Shown here: in pieces, positions 48,601 through 59,191 of the stretch
How the letters are laid out: each line of letters begins with the position of its first letter
Position numbering within the stretch: the first letter of the stretch is position 1
Source of the DNA: Iphione sp. A-MEVVRFRX5
Taxonomy: Eukaryota
Length of the DNA stretch: 64,000 bases
Assembly (NCBI GenBank): GCA_976226885.1
Contig: OZ320314.1
Span: forward strand, 97,154,001-97,218,000
Reading direction: 5' to 3'
Position numbers and translations under genes: made by a program
The notes under the pieces: model-generated
What the model saw: only the letters and a program-made list of their open reading frames with translations
The model's database searches: none
What the model was told of the DNA's origin: nothing

Positions 48601-48800
48601 CTCGGGGAAATAGCTATGGCGTGAGCTGTTTACAGACACGAGTTACGGTCAGGAATTCGGAAAGTATATGTTGTTAATGACTGTCTTCACATACCTGCCG
48701 TTGGCGGGCCCCACGCTCTCCACGTCGTAGGATGAGCTGGAGGCGATGGCCTCGTCTGGAATCTCCCCCGACTGCATGCCGAGAGAGAGTCGGCATTGTG
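36338..48800 (-). CDS. DDR: Discoidin domain receptor tyrosine kinase, paralog B (5'-partial, 12 exons: 48800-48695, 48148-48007, 46246-46157, 43921-43774, 43305-42781, 41897-41730, 40525-39914, 39300-38972, 38215-38085, 37786-37589, 37392-37158, 36682-36338)
   Basis: GT-AG exons join into a 1008-aa open frame starting [15 protein letters not shown]. Domain order and kinase motifs match paralog A, and exon lengths of 142/90/148/525/131/198/235/345 nt are identical to paralog A. Confidence 0.95.
36962..37064. mobile_element. 103-bp MITE in the last DDR-B intron
   Basis: TA|CAGTTGAAACCTATTTGCGAC...GTCGCAAATAGGGGTTCGACTG|TA; ~21-bp imperfect terminal inverted repeats and a TA target duplication. 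Confidence 0.8.
37158..37392 (-). CDS. DDR: DDR-B kinase exon ([11 protein letters not shown], YxxxYY)
   Basis: tttgtag| and ttg|gtgagt; 235 nt. Confidence 0.95.
37589..37786 (-). CDS. DDR: DDR-B kinase exon ([10 protein letters not shown]...[12 protein letters not shown])
   Basis: ccccacag| and aag|gtatgg; 198 nt. Confidence 0.93.
38085..38215 (-). CDS. DDR: DDR-B kinase exon (VHLCEA...[15 protein letters not shown])
   Basis: cacccag| and cag|gtgaaa; 131 nt. Confidence 0.93.
38698..38789. repeat. Inverted repeat with perfect 16-bp arms (possible MITE remnant)
   Basis: tgtctccaggttctcc (38698-38713) pairs with ggagaacctggagaca (38774-38789). Confidence 0.7.
38972..39300 (-). CDS. DDR: DDR-B exon, distal juxtamembrane to G-loop
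   Basis: cacctag| and gag|gtaacc; 329 nt. Confidence 0.92.
39914..40525 (-). CDS. DDR: DDR-B exon, long Ser/Gly/Thr stalk + TM + extended cytoplasmic juxtamembrane
   Basis: attccag| and tcag|gtaagg; 612 nt; possible internal donor after 40097. Confidence 0.88.
41483..41741 (-). repeat. Degenerate ~56-bp tandem array (5 copies) overlapping a DDR-B exon end and donor
   Basis: On the + strand, (c/t)ataggtgg-like cores occur at 41490, 41573, 41629, 41672 and 41730, and ctaaagggttaa-like cores at 41519, 41547, 41604, 41660 and 41704. Confidence 0.7.
41730..41897 (-). CDS. DDR: DDR-B exon, stalk 1 ([10 protein letters not shown]...RRVPPTY)
   Basis: ttttcag| and tatg|gtaggc; 168 nt. Confidence 0.9.
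42781..43305 (-). CDS. DDR: DDR-B exon, DS-like domain
   Basis: tttttag| and ctg|gtgagt; 525 nt. Confidence 0.95.
43774..43921 (-). CDS. DDR: DDR-B exon, DS domain end
   Basis: atttcag| and aag|gtgcgt; 148 nt. Confidence 0.95.
46157..46246 (-). CDS. DDR: DDR-B exon ([30 protein letters not shown])
   Basis: ttctcttag| and gag|gtaagt; 90 nt. Confidence 0.94.
47425..47439 (+). promoter_or_regulatory. CTCF-like motif CACTAGATGGCAGCA
   Basis: Matches the CTCF core consensus; motif evidence only. Confidence 0.4.
48007..48148 (-). CDS. DDR: DDR-B exon, DS domain ([12 protein letters not shown]...[10 protein letters not shown])
   Basis: ttgtag| and cag|gtcagt; 142 nt. Confidence 0.94.
48256..48290. 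repeat. Imperfect (TG)n microsatellite
   Basis: Seen directly in the sequence. Confidence 0.9.
48695..48800 (-). CDS. DDR: DDR-B exon, DS domain start ([35 protein letters not shown])
   Basis: tttctag| and cag|gtatgt; typical discoidin N-terminus LGMxSGxIPD. Confidence 0.92.
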
Positions 48801-51800
48801 CTAGAAAGACAAAGGAGGAATAATTTATAAACCGATGCTGTAAACAACCCGCCGGCACCGCTTACAGGGTGGGACCCTTGAGTTCAGAGGAAAGTACATT
48901 GTGATCAAGTGAAAAAGTAAACACGGGTTAGCAAATGACAACCAGCGGTCCATAGCTGGAATATAAATAGACAGGGTCCCATTTCAACCCATTTAAATCA
49001 TCGCCCAAACCCAATTTTAGAAGTTGTCACAAGTCTTCGCCAAACGAAGAGGAGAACGTGATATGTTGTCTGTAAGGTCATAACCCGTAATATGACTGGA
49101 GATTGGAAAGCGTCGGTCTGACAGGAGGCCGAGGGGCTGGGCGGTCTTGAGCGCATTCCACAGACTGCCTCAACTTTTGGCATCACTTCTGGTTCTCCTG
49201 TATTGCATTACTGTGTTACCTTCTGCGTGCCAATCAGCACGTCATTTCCTATTAGCCTCCGAGCTGCTGCGCCGTTCGAAGGCACTGGTTATCGGCGGGT
49301 CAGGAAGTCCACCCGGGCTATCATCGCCCTGACACCGGATGCTATGTCACTTCCGCCCATAGTTATCCACATTCCCCGATAGGTGGCGGCCCATAAATAG
49401 GCAAGGGCGGTCCTCGGCAGCTTGGGCGGTCAGCCTGCCGTAATCAAAGTCTCAGAGGTGTCAGACAAGAGCAGGATGGGCACGGGACGTGAAGGATAAA
49501 ATATTTCGCGCCCACCCCTTGAACAGCCTGTTAGGGCGTGAAGGACAATTAGATTGTAGGTGGCACGCTAGACAGCCCATGGTCATCAGTATCTCTCATG
49601 TGTAGATGATTTTCATCACGCAGACTGGCCACTCTTTGATGTGAGGGGTGGGATTCCCATAGAAAAGATAATGAATTCCTACCCTCCCGGGACAGCGTAA
49701 GGCTCGACCTGACAGCAACAGGTCATGGTTGCCATGGCGACCTCTCACTAGCCCTCAGGTAGAGGCACAAGTCGTCAGACGTTGCTGAAGGCCGCGTTAA
49801 CGCTCCTCACATATCGGGATTCGGATATCCAGAGCAGTTTGCATTGTAAGCGTTTTTATTCGATGTCCTTCTTTTGCACACGCAAAGCGTAATAAGATGT
49901 GCGCCACGACGCAGCGCCATTGGCGGCAAATGTATAGCTCCGGACAAAAGAAACGTTATCCCTAAGTCAGCCCATTATGATATCACTGCATGAATCGATT
50001 TTGGCAATATGGGCGCCACATTACAGCTATGCTGGCTACTCGCTGGTGATGCTAGGAAGGGCTTCAATGCAAAATGGATGACGTTTGAAATATTGCATGT
50101 CTTCACATAATTATCTGAAGACATCTGAAAATTGTGAAAGATCTTTTGATCTCCTGGACCGGATTCACCTCCTCTCTTTAGAGAAGAACACTGCATTTAC
50201 TTCAGAGTTGGGGGTGTTAAAACCGCACCGTTGTATAGCATTTGTGTCAATATGTCACAATCGCGCGTCACAATCCGTTATCTCGGACTAAATCAGTCAG
50301 CACGGATATCACTAACATACATGATATCCATCAAAAGGCGGGCCAATTACGTGCTGCAGTGGTGGCATGTAACTCATCATCTCCGTCAACAAACAAACAG
50401 GTCCCATCAGGCTAATGACTTAAGGAAAGTTCTGATGCCAGAGGTATTGGCTTCCTGGCGTTCCCAGACGTCCTATCGAGTGGCCGCCACAGTGGCTGCC
50501 TATCGGTCCCCGTGGTGGCTGAGTGATTAATTGGAGCCGAAAACATTGCGATCTGAACAAGGTGGAGGCAGGAGAGGCCCCGGATGAGAGTCATTGTTCT
50601 TGTATCTGTCCTTTCGCTTCCTGCATCCCATGCCATCCATTACAGTCAAAACGAGGCTCCGGCAAAAGCGTTACACCGCAATGCCCCACGGGAGCATCGC
50701 ACAGTCAAAGGACCTGTGCTTGAGTTTCCCAGCCCAGCTTGGAGCAAACTATACATCGAATTTCAATGTCTCTTCATACCAAGTAGATTAATGCACTCCT
50801 TGCATGTATATGATCAAAGGAGGTGTACATATCAGCCGGAAATTACGACACCCTAGGGAAGTACATATGCCTGCAGCCCATCCACTCAAAAAAGTGATTA
50901 CATGTACATGCAGATGTATTTTATTAGCGGCGGTAAATGGCTAGAGCATTGATTGCTGTTATGACAATGTACGCTATAATGTGTTGACTGCACTGACATC
51001 ATTCCTTTTCTCTTTTCCATGGTAGTTCTTTTTACTTTTTCTAATTGTTTTGTAACTTAAATGTTGAAGAGACAAATTATGTGTCAGGCGATGTTTCATG
51101 AACATTTGATTTCTACAGCATTACGTGTACACAGAGAACAGAGGGAATTCATTGGGGAATGTGACATTTCCACAATCATATAACTCTCTTGCTATGATAC
51201 AGGGAGGATACGTCCTTGGAATACAGGTACACAGGTACAAATCTAGGCGTCGGCAGATTCTTCACTACAAAAGATTCTTCTATACAAAAGCAAAAAGCTC
51301 ATTGACAAGCTGCAGTCTGAATTCAACAGAAATTTAAAATTATCAATAATTGGAACATTGCGAACGCAAAGAAGTGTGTTATCTCTGAGGATAATGCTGG
51401 TGATCCAGACTGTGTGGGATAGAGTTAGGCAACAGCTGATAACGCTAGTGCACAGGCTAAAGGAGGGAGGAGTGTGGGCACTGACGATTTCAAAGGTCCC
51501 AACCAGATAGGGAAAGACACAAAGGCTAGCTTTAGAGAGACCAAGGAATGTGCTCTCTAAGACCTCATTTGTCTACTGTGGATGTACCTTGTGGAACTCT
51601 CTTCCAGAGACCAGGACATTACGACGGAAAATTGCTAGTATCAGACAAGATCAGATTGTAAACTTGTAGTCGCATCTATATAAGGTCATGCCAAGTACAG
51701 CTATTTACTGATGTTGATAGGACTTAGTGTTATAGTACGGGCGCTGTCCATGTTAGACTGCGAATATCTGCCCTTACTAATGTCAAGGATGGAGTAAATC

Positions 51801-54800
51801 ATTGCCGAAATAATGGTCAACAAAAAAAACAATTATTTGTTAGACCGGTTTTCTGCATCACCTTTCATCTTCCATCTGACTGTTTGCTTGGAGAGCTCTC
51901 GATGCCATATATATTCTATGTAATTCTGAGAAGTGAATAAATTGTTTGAAGTTGAAGTTGAAGTTAATGACATAAGGTAAAAGCTTCTGTTGTGCAACTG
52001 CTGGAGAGGTCCGAAGTCTGGAAACTGGATGTAAGTAGCTCGCACCTGTGTTCATGTTGCAAGCTGCTGGACGAGAGGCACTCAGAGCAGAGGGCATCAG
52101 CCATCTCCGTCCTACCTGGGAAGAATGCTTATCTCTTTCCAGGAGCAGGGAGAGCCGCCATGTTGGTCGGATACCTGATAATGTCATTTACCTCCGGTTA
52201 GCGTCGCTGTCCGAGTCTATTGCAATATCCGTGCAATTATCGTCGTCAGGAAACGCTAAACGGGACAAACGATGAGGGAACTGTATGAGCACAAATGTGG
52301 AAAAAGTTGGTACAATAAGTATATATTATGTAGCAAATGACACGGCTATTTGCGATAGATTTCCGATAGGCATGAGAGTGATGCTCAGGGACAACTATTT
52401 TGTACCACTGAAATTTCTGTATTGCATATCGTGCAGGTAATAACGTTCCGGATTCAGATGGCTGAAAATTTCGTTTGATTTAAAATCCAGACAGTTACAA
52501 GGAGGGCAACATGCTGAAAGTAGCTCTGAAGTGACCTCTGCTGAAGCCTACGCACGTGCCTATCGTAGACCCCCTGGTCACCTTGTATCTGGTGACCTTT
52601 GAACCTCTCACCCCCAAGTTCCAGTTTCAAGGTCAGACGAAGCTGGAACTGTTATCACTTCAGGGCGGGAAAGGGGGCGATGGTATGTCGCATGAAGAGC
52701 GTCGGTATTAAGATTCTAGGACGCCTCTCGGCGATATGTGCCATATTTACCACATGCATAACTTCATATAGAATGATACGACTAATGCATTTAGAGATAT
52801 TCGAAATAATCTGGATGATTATTTCTTTCGACTGTAAATTAGTCGATGAAAGGAATGATTTGGTAGTTTCCACCAAATTGAAACCTGTAAATGGATGTGT
52901 CTTTAAGTATTTAATTTTCAATTATATTTTATTAATTGAAATAAGGCACTGACGATTATCAAAGTTTATGTAAATATACTTATCGACAAAGTATCTCCTA
53001 GGTTAGTGTACGTGTACATGTATACTGATTATTTGTTACCATATTGTATGCTAGCAAAAAAGTATACAGACATAAATATGGTAATTTGTCACGAAGGTAT
53101 TTATCTTGTCAGCATTTATTTTCATATAAATCTAGTATTGGTTGTTGTTCATGTTCAAATTTGGCAGAGTCTAACTTCGGCACCAACAAAGCTTTTGGTG
53201 GGTGGTAAGTAGGACGCAGGGTAAAATCTACAGTTATTTATCATTCATTCTCTTGACAGACTATTGTTCTTCGATCGAAGGGAATAGAGGGTGGCCGAGT
53301 AAATAATGAAAAAAAATGAAAACGAATGTATGATAAAAGGTTGGCTCCCATGGAAAACTTAACACGCCCATCCACGGCCAAAGCCGGCGCTCCATGGTAC
53401 GAGATGAACACCACTGCGTTGATGGGCCAGTTCCTCCATCACCCTTTCCTCCTACTTCACCACCACCAGCGCCAGCATGTCTGACATGCTGGAGGTTGCA
53501 TGCTGCACGTGTAATTCGCAGCATGCTACGTTGTGTTTGAGCTGGCAGCTGGCCCGGGCTGGGGCCATGCCTAATTCATAAGGTAAACAAAAGCTCCAGT
53601 GATGCCAATAGGTGGCCGGATGGAAGTTGGGTTAGCCTGTACGGTTTCAAATGGGAAGGTAGTAGGAGCAATGGCGGTAGAAAGGCAGGCAATGCTACTA
53701 GTTTTCCTTTTGCGAGTTTTTCTATGTGGTCCTCGTTGTAAGCACGAAACGGAAACTTGCTCGGTAGAATGGAATACCAACTAATCTAGGAGAAATGAGA
53801 CGACAAGGCCAACGCCCTGGTGTTACCACATATATACAAGTAATTTTGATCGTGTCAGAAGCAAACTGGCAATGTTCTACAATTTCATAGCACCATCCTG
53901 GTAGTCATAAATACCAGGCTCCGATCAAACGTTGCTATTTCTGGCGAATGCCACCGTGCGAAATTGGGATTCAAGAAGTCAGGCACAAGGGGTACATGGG
54001 AGAAAAAGCATATCACTAGCGTATAACTTTTCAAAAAATAACATGATAGACTAACTTGTCTAATCAAATGTGCACATCACCAACAATTGAGTAGGTAATA
54101 AAATACTAAAAGGGATTGCAACTCGCGAGAAAGGTATGCAGAGAGCTACTTCATCTGGTGTCTTATTTTCATCAGATGTATTCGTGCTTTGGCCCCTCTT
54201 TCTTCCTACAAGATATCCAGTTTGTCAGCAGTTTCTTTGAACTTATTGAAGTAACTTTATAGAAAGCCTTGTTTCTCTCATATCGTTGTATGCAGACTAA
54301 TATTAAAAGTCGTGACGAAGGCAAAAAGAAGAATGTTCGAGGTTGTCTTACTTTGCCACGGGAGAGCCAGATGTGAAGAGTCCACTGACTATTAATAGAC
54401 CTCTGATGCCCGTGCAGCAATATTGTTTGTATGATACCGAAAAAGAACGAATGAAATAAAGCACTGTATACAGGATCCCGTTTTCGTTGTTGGAGAAAAG
54501 CGGCTGACAATTCACGAGACAACGCTCAGGGTCCAGTGTTTGCTTAGACAATCTTTCTGGATGCAGGCTGTTAATTATTTTGTTATACAACTGTATGCGA
54601 TTTCGCAACTTACTGCACGCGAGGGCTTATATACATGTTTACCATACATCATAACAACGATTGTACAAACAGACGTCAGTTATCGAAATCTGTCTCAAAG
54701 TGAATGAACAGCAGAGAACACCGCATTGTTCATTAGACAAACATAAATTTTGATCAGTACAATAACTATCTATGGCAATTCCTATAGATAACCAAAAAAA

Positions 54801-54902
54801 CATCCCGGATTTGCAAGAGGCAGTAAGCGACGCCTGTACGCGTCTTTGTTTTTTGTTTTTTTTACCAGTGTGCTTCGCACGATTTTTGATTTTTCATATG
54901 GA

Positions 54903-55058
54903 TTTTCGGACGAAATTACCTCAGTTTTGATGCTTTTCGGACAAAGTCACCTGAGTTTTCCGTATTTTCGGACGATTATGCCTTGGTTTTGATCACTTTT
55001 TGACGAATTCACCTGAGTTTTGATGGTATTTCGGCTTAAACTGCCTGGGTTTTTGTTA
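54903..55058. repeat. Degenerate 31-bp tandem repeat x5 (ttttcggac.aa.tcacctgagttttga...)
   Basis: Units start at about 54903, 54934, 54965, 54997 and 55028. Confidence 0.8.
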
Positions 55059-55106
55059 AAATTCGATCATATTCACGAAAGCGTAACTTTGCCGCCAACC
55101 GGAAAT

Positions 55107-55328
55107 AACAATCGTCCTGGTTCCTATACCTTAAGTATGTGAACATGGGCGAGGACCGCCCTTTTTATTACAAAAAGCGAAATTTGCTAGCAAGTGAGGT
55201 CGTTACATTCGAAACAGCACTTTATAGCAGCCAGACGCTACCTGCGTACACACCTACGCTCCGCAAAACAATCGTCCTGGTTCCCATACCTTAAGTTCGC
55301 ACGAAATCGAGGTAGGGGTACCAGGAGG
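55107..55328. repeat. 28-bp direct repeat (aacaatcgtcctggttcc.ataccttaagt) at ~55107 and ~55268, plus a terminal hairpin; probable non-autonomous transposon end
   Basis: The second copy pairs 14/16 with downstream aggtaggggtaccagg. Confidence 0.5.
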
Positions 55329-56810
55329 GGTTCAGAATGTTACGCAAAGTGTTGTCGAATCGAAATTTATATACAAAAGTTAATGGAACCATATCAGAAA
55401 GATGCATTTATGATTGATTTGAGTTAATTCCATCTTGGTTTGATCTAAAATGGTCTAATCTCTCCCAATTTCAATGAGCAAAAATTGATTCGACACGATT
55501 CCGCCATTTTGAATTGGCTTTTTCATGGTGCATCTCCCAGAATTCACTTAACCAAACCGGATTTCCGAGACGATGCCTTTTTATATAAGGTAGTTAATAA
55601 ACCAGTGCCCAATTGCATTGTACTTGATCACTTGGTGTCTAAAACCCATATAGCAAAGTATTGCATAATGGGCGTGGCTGGTCTTTTTGCATCATGAGTA
55701 TAGACATGTACAATGCAAATGCTTGCACATCTTTAGAATTGCCGCCGTCAACGAGAGCACATTATCTAAGCAGCAAAACGGAATAATTATAAATATCAAT
55801 GCGCGTTTAGAAGCACACGTGTAGTTTGTGTTGGAGTTGGATCGCGGGCCTGATTACAAATGCAGATCATGGAGCACTTTCTGTTTACCTACGGATCAAC
55901 AGTTGGCCGATCATACTTGCTCACCACCCCGGAATTGATCTGGAAGCTGGGGATGCTTTGCGATAGAGAGGGTGGGGTGGCGGTCGGGTGTGTGTGGATC
56001 TACTTGGGAAACGAGGCCTCCTCTACACTCTAAGGAACGATAACCGACATGGTGCAAATCGTGACGAAACAGGTTCCCCAGCCCCAGTGTTACATCTCTG
56101 ATTGCACTGCCGGTGATAAAATCCCTTTGGTAAAAAGCGACCTATGTGAACAGTACCTCCATAGAACAGTGGGAAGGGAGGCAGGATGACTATAAACCAC
56201 ACTGTGTTTATTCGTACCATCTTTGGCGAGAATCTTCTTGATACCTTCTGATTCGCCTTATTCTGACACTATATAATACCCTGTGCATATTATATGCCGG
56301 AAGAATCGAATACCATATCAATGCTATGAATGTGTAATATTTCGGTGAAGGATAGAAAATTCGATTTGCAACCGAACCATAACAAATGGGTGCCTTCCCT
56401 CTTAAACGCTGCTGTAATCGAAATGCTGTCCAAATAGAATAATTTCGCATTCCAGAATGAATTGGAGGCTATCTATATTCAAATATTTTAAAGCCCAATC
56501 CATTTTCAGAGAGGATTGTTCTATTTCCTTACATTTTATTCCCCCATTCAATTCCACGTCGTGTCCACACTCGCTTTAGCGCACTAGTTCTCATCACCAA
56601 GTATCCCATGGGGCAGGGGGTAGTTTGTTTCCCTGGTGACCCATCCTTTGATCTTCACCCACCTGTCCCCATAGAAACCCCACTGATTGACAGTGGATAA
56701 TATACAGTATTCAACATTTACATTAGCTGAGACCGCGAGAAGAAAAATGTCAAAATTTTAAGATGGTGAAACTAAACCAATCGCTAGGGGTAGTGATAGC
56801 AAGTATGGCA

Positions 56811-56872
56811 GACAGAAAGAGAGAGAGAGACAGACAGATAGACAGACAGACAGACAGAGAGACAGAGACAGA
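56811..56872. repeat. (GA)/(GACA) compound microsatellite
   Basis: Seen directly in the sequence. Confidence 0.9.
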
Positions 56873-58479
56873 GGCGTAGAGGAGCTGAGAGAAGAAGTAG
56901 TGCTTTTACCCGTAGCCCCCTTCCCTTCATGTTGATCTGACTGTGTCTCTGTCTGACCCTCTCGATCTCCCCTGTTGATAGATTTGTTACACTCAAATGA
57001 ATTCTGGTAAATTATTTTATGGAGACATTGTTCTGATGAATCCGTATTGGAACAGCGTTAACTACAAATACTGGTGTAAGTAAAAACAATGAGAATTTGC
57101 ATATCAGAGGTTCTGTGTATATGTAAAAATGACATAGATTTGACCACAAAAAAGATCACATGCATGTATATATCATATATAAGACATAGCACTACACTTC
57201 TAAATAAAGTGTCCAAGATATGTGTGAGTGAAAATAAATATTGTACTTTTCTAAAGTAATATCAGTGCGAGATGAGATTTGCATGGGCGGATCCTGCTTT
57301 CAGGCAACGTTTTATATGTGTAGTGTAATGAGTCTGAGACAGATGCAAAAACAGATGCAGTAGAACATGGGCCATATAACACTATGTTCTATGTCAATAA
57401 ACACTGTATAATTACACACTGTGCACAATAAAGGAATAAAGTTTGTCAATAAAAAGCAGCTCTTGTGTGGAAAATATTGTATTGATATTGGGACGGTGTT
57501 CATATTTTTCCATTTCTAATCATACTCTCCGCATTTCAAATTCCTCCCAATTCGTTGCATGTTTAAACAAGTGGGGCACCTATCGAATGTCTGAGTGACG
57601 CTACTTTCCTATTTAATGTTTATTTATGACGTCTTGCAGATATAATGTAGTTATTCCATATTCCTCCCTCAAAGTTGACGTAGCTATGAGATTGTAGTTG
57701 TCATAATTTCCCAGTCTAACCTTTTTCTGACCTATCATGGCGTATGTCATTTTAAGCTCCTTGAATATACTTGACGTTTCATTCTGGTGAAGAGATATTA
57801 AAACCTTCTAAGACGAAAATTATTGCCTCGGGCGTCTCTATTATACTGTCAGAGTCTAGGGCTTGTCTCGAGATAAATACTACATTCATACACAGAGCAA
57901 ACCTCATTTCCATGCCGACGCTAAGTGACAGTCTTGGGCGTATGATTCCAAATTTTGACTCTCTCAAAGAGGCGCTGTATGATCATGGTTTTGGCTTTGA
58001 GCTCGGCGGGAATGTCCAAGAACAGCTCCCCGAGCACAACAGCTCCCCGAGCAGCTCATTCGGCAGAAAATGACATACAGCCACCGCCTCGTCCTTTGTT
58101 CTCAAGAGTCTAATCGAAAGGGACACGTCTACAGCGAGCCATAAATTCTCACAGCACGAAAATCAATTATAGCAGGCCCTGCCCTAGAACTTACTCCGGC
58201 TGGCGACGCCAGGGGGCGGCACCGTGGGAGTGGTCGACCCAATGAGGTGTGGAACCAACGCGGGAAGGGTTCGGTGGTGTGGGGGGCAGCCAGGTTCTCA
58301 TCAGGAGATTGACGTGTGTAGTGAACCGTGACCGCCCGGCCGGCGGCCCCCATCATGTCGGCAACACGTGAGGAATGACCGACACATGTTGGTCTCTCCC
58401 GTAGGAGACTATAGGCCCTGTCAGCTCCTTTTAGACACTTTATACATTCAAGACTCACTGGATGGAAAGCGCGACTAGA

Positions 58480-58655
58480 CGAGATAGATAGAGGGAGAAG
58501 GAGTAGAGGAGAAGAGAGGGAGAAAGGTACAGATGGAAAGAAGGAATAAGGGGAAGGGAAGGGGAAGGATGGAAGGAGGAAGGGAGAACGTGGCAGAAAA
58601 GGGGAGACTGAAGGGGAGGCGAGTTGGAGAAAAGAAAAAGGGAAGGCAAAGGATA
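58480..58655 (+). repeat. Polypurine (G/A) low-complexity tract
   Basis: Predominantly G/A on the + strand. Confidence 0.8.
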
Positions 58656-58734
58656 GACTGTAAGTCAGACAGACAGACTTAGGCCCGGTTTTCTTGTTTT
58701 TTGAAAAACGTTCTAAAAACGTTAATGGGTGAGA

Positions 58735-58810
58735 GGTCTAGGCAGGGTTTGAATCTGGATGCTTTAACCTCCCATGTTAAGACTTGCACTCCTACCCACT
58801 GCTCCACAGA
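58735..58810 (-). mobile_element. Probable tRNA-derived SINE head (decayed)
   Basis: A-box-like TGGAGCAGTGG and B-box-like GATTCAAACCC, each one mismatch from consensus, at tRNA-like spacing. No intact cloverleaf. Confidence 0.4.
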
Positions 58811-58832
58811 AGCTGTATGAAGTAGATAGCAT

Positions 58833-59191
58833 GCTCTGAGACCCCAACACCTCGTCAGGTTCTTCCCTGGCCTTGGCCACCCTCCTGTCACTCTCAGAGT
58901 GCCCCACACCTAGTCAGGTGGTATCTGTAGCCTTGGCCGTCCTCCTGTTGCTCTGAGAGCTCCCCCACACCTCCTCAGATTCTCCCCCGGGCCTGGACGC
59001 CCTCCTGTTGCACTCAGAAGTCCCTTCACCTCGTCAGGTTCTTCTCCGGCCTTGGCCGCCCTCCTGTCGCCCTTAGATGTGTCCACGCCTTGCCAGGTGC
59101 TACCCCAGTCCTTGGCCGCCCTCCTGTTGCTCTCATAGGTCCCCACACCTCTCTCAGCTGTTTCCCCGTCCTTGGGCATCCTCCTGTTGCT
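58833..59191. repeat. 60-bp GC-rich minisatellite x6
   Basis: cctcctgt core at 58881, 58941, 59001, 59060, 59120 and 59180. Confidence 0.9.

Noticed and set aside
49147-49332. Signal-peptide-like hydrophobic ORF next to DDR-B
   Set aside because: Wrong strand for DDR-B, non-ATG start and no other support.
53472-53492. Perfect 10-bp-arm palindrome resembling a p53 site
   Set aside because: The half-sites overlap by one base and have mismatches; it is an isolated short palindrome.
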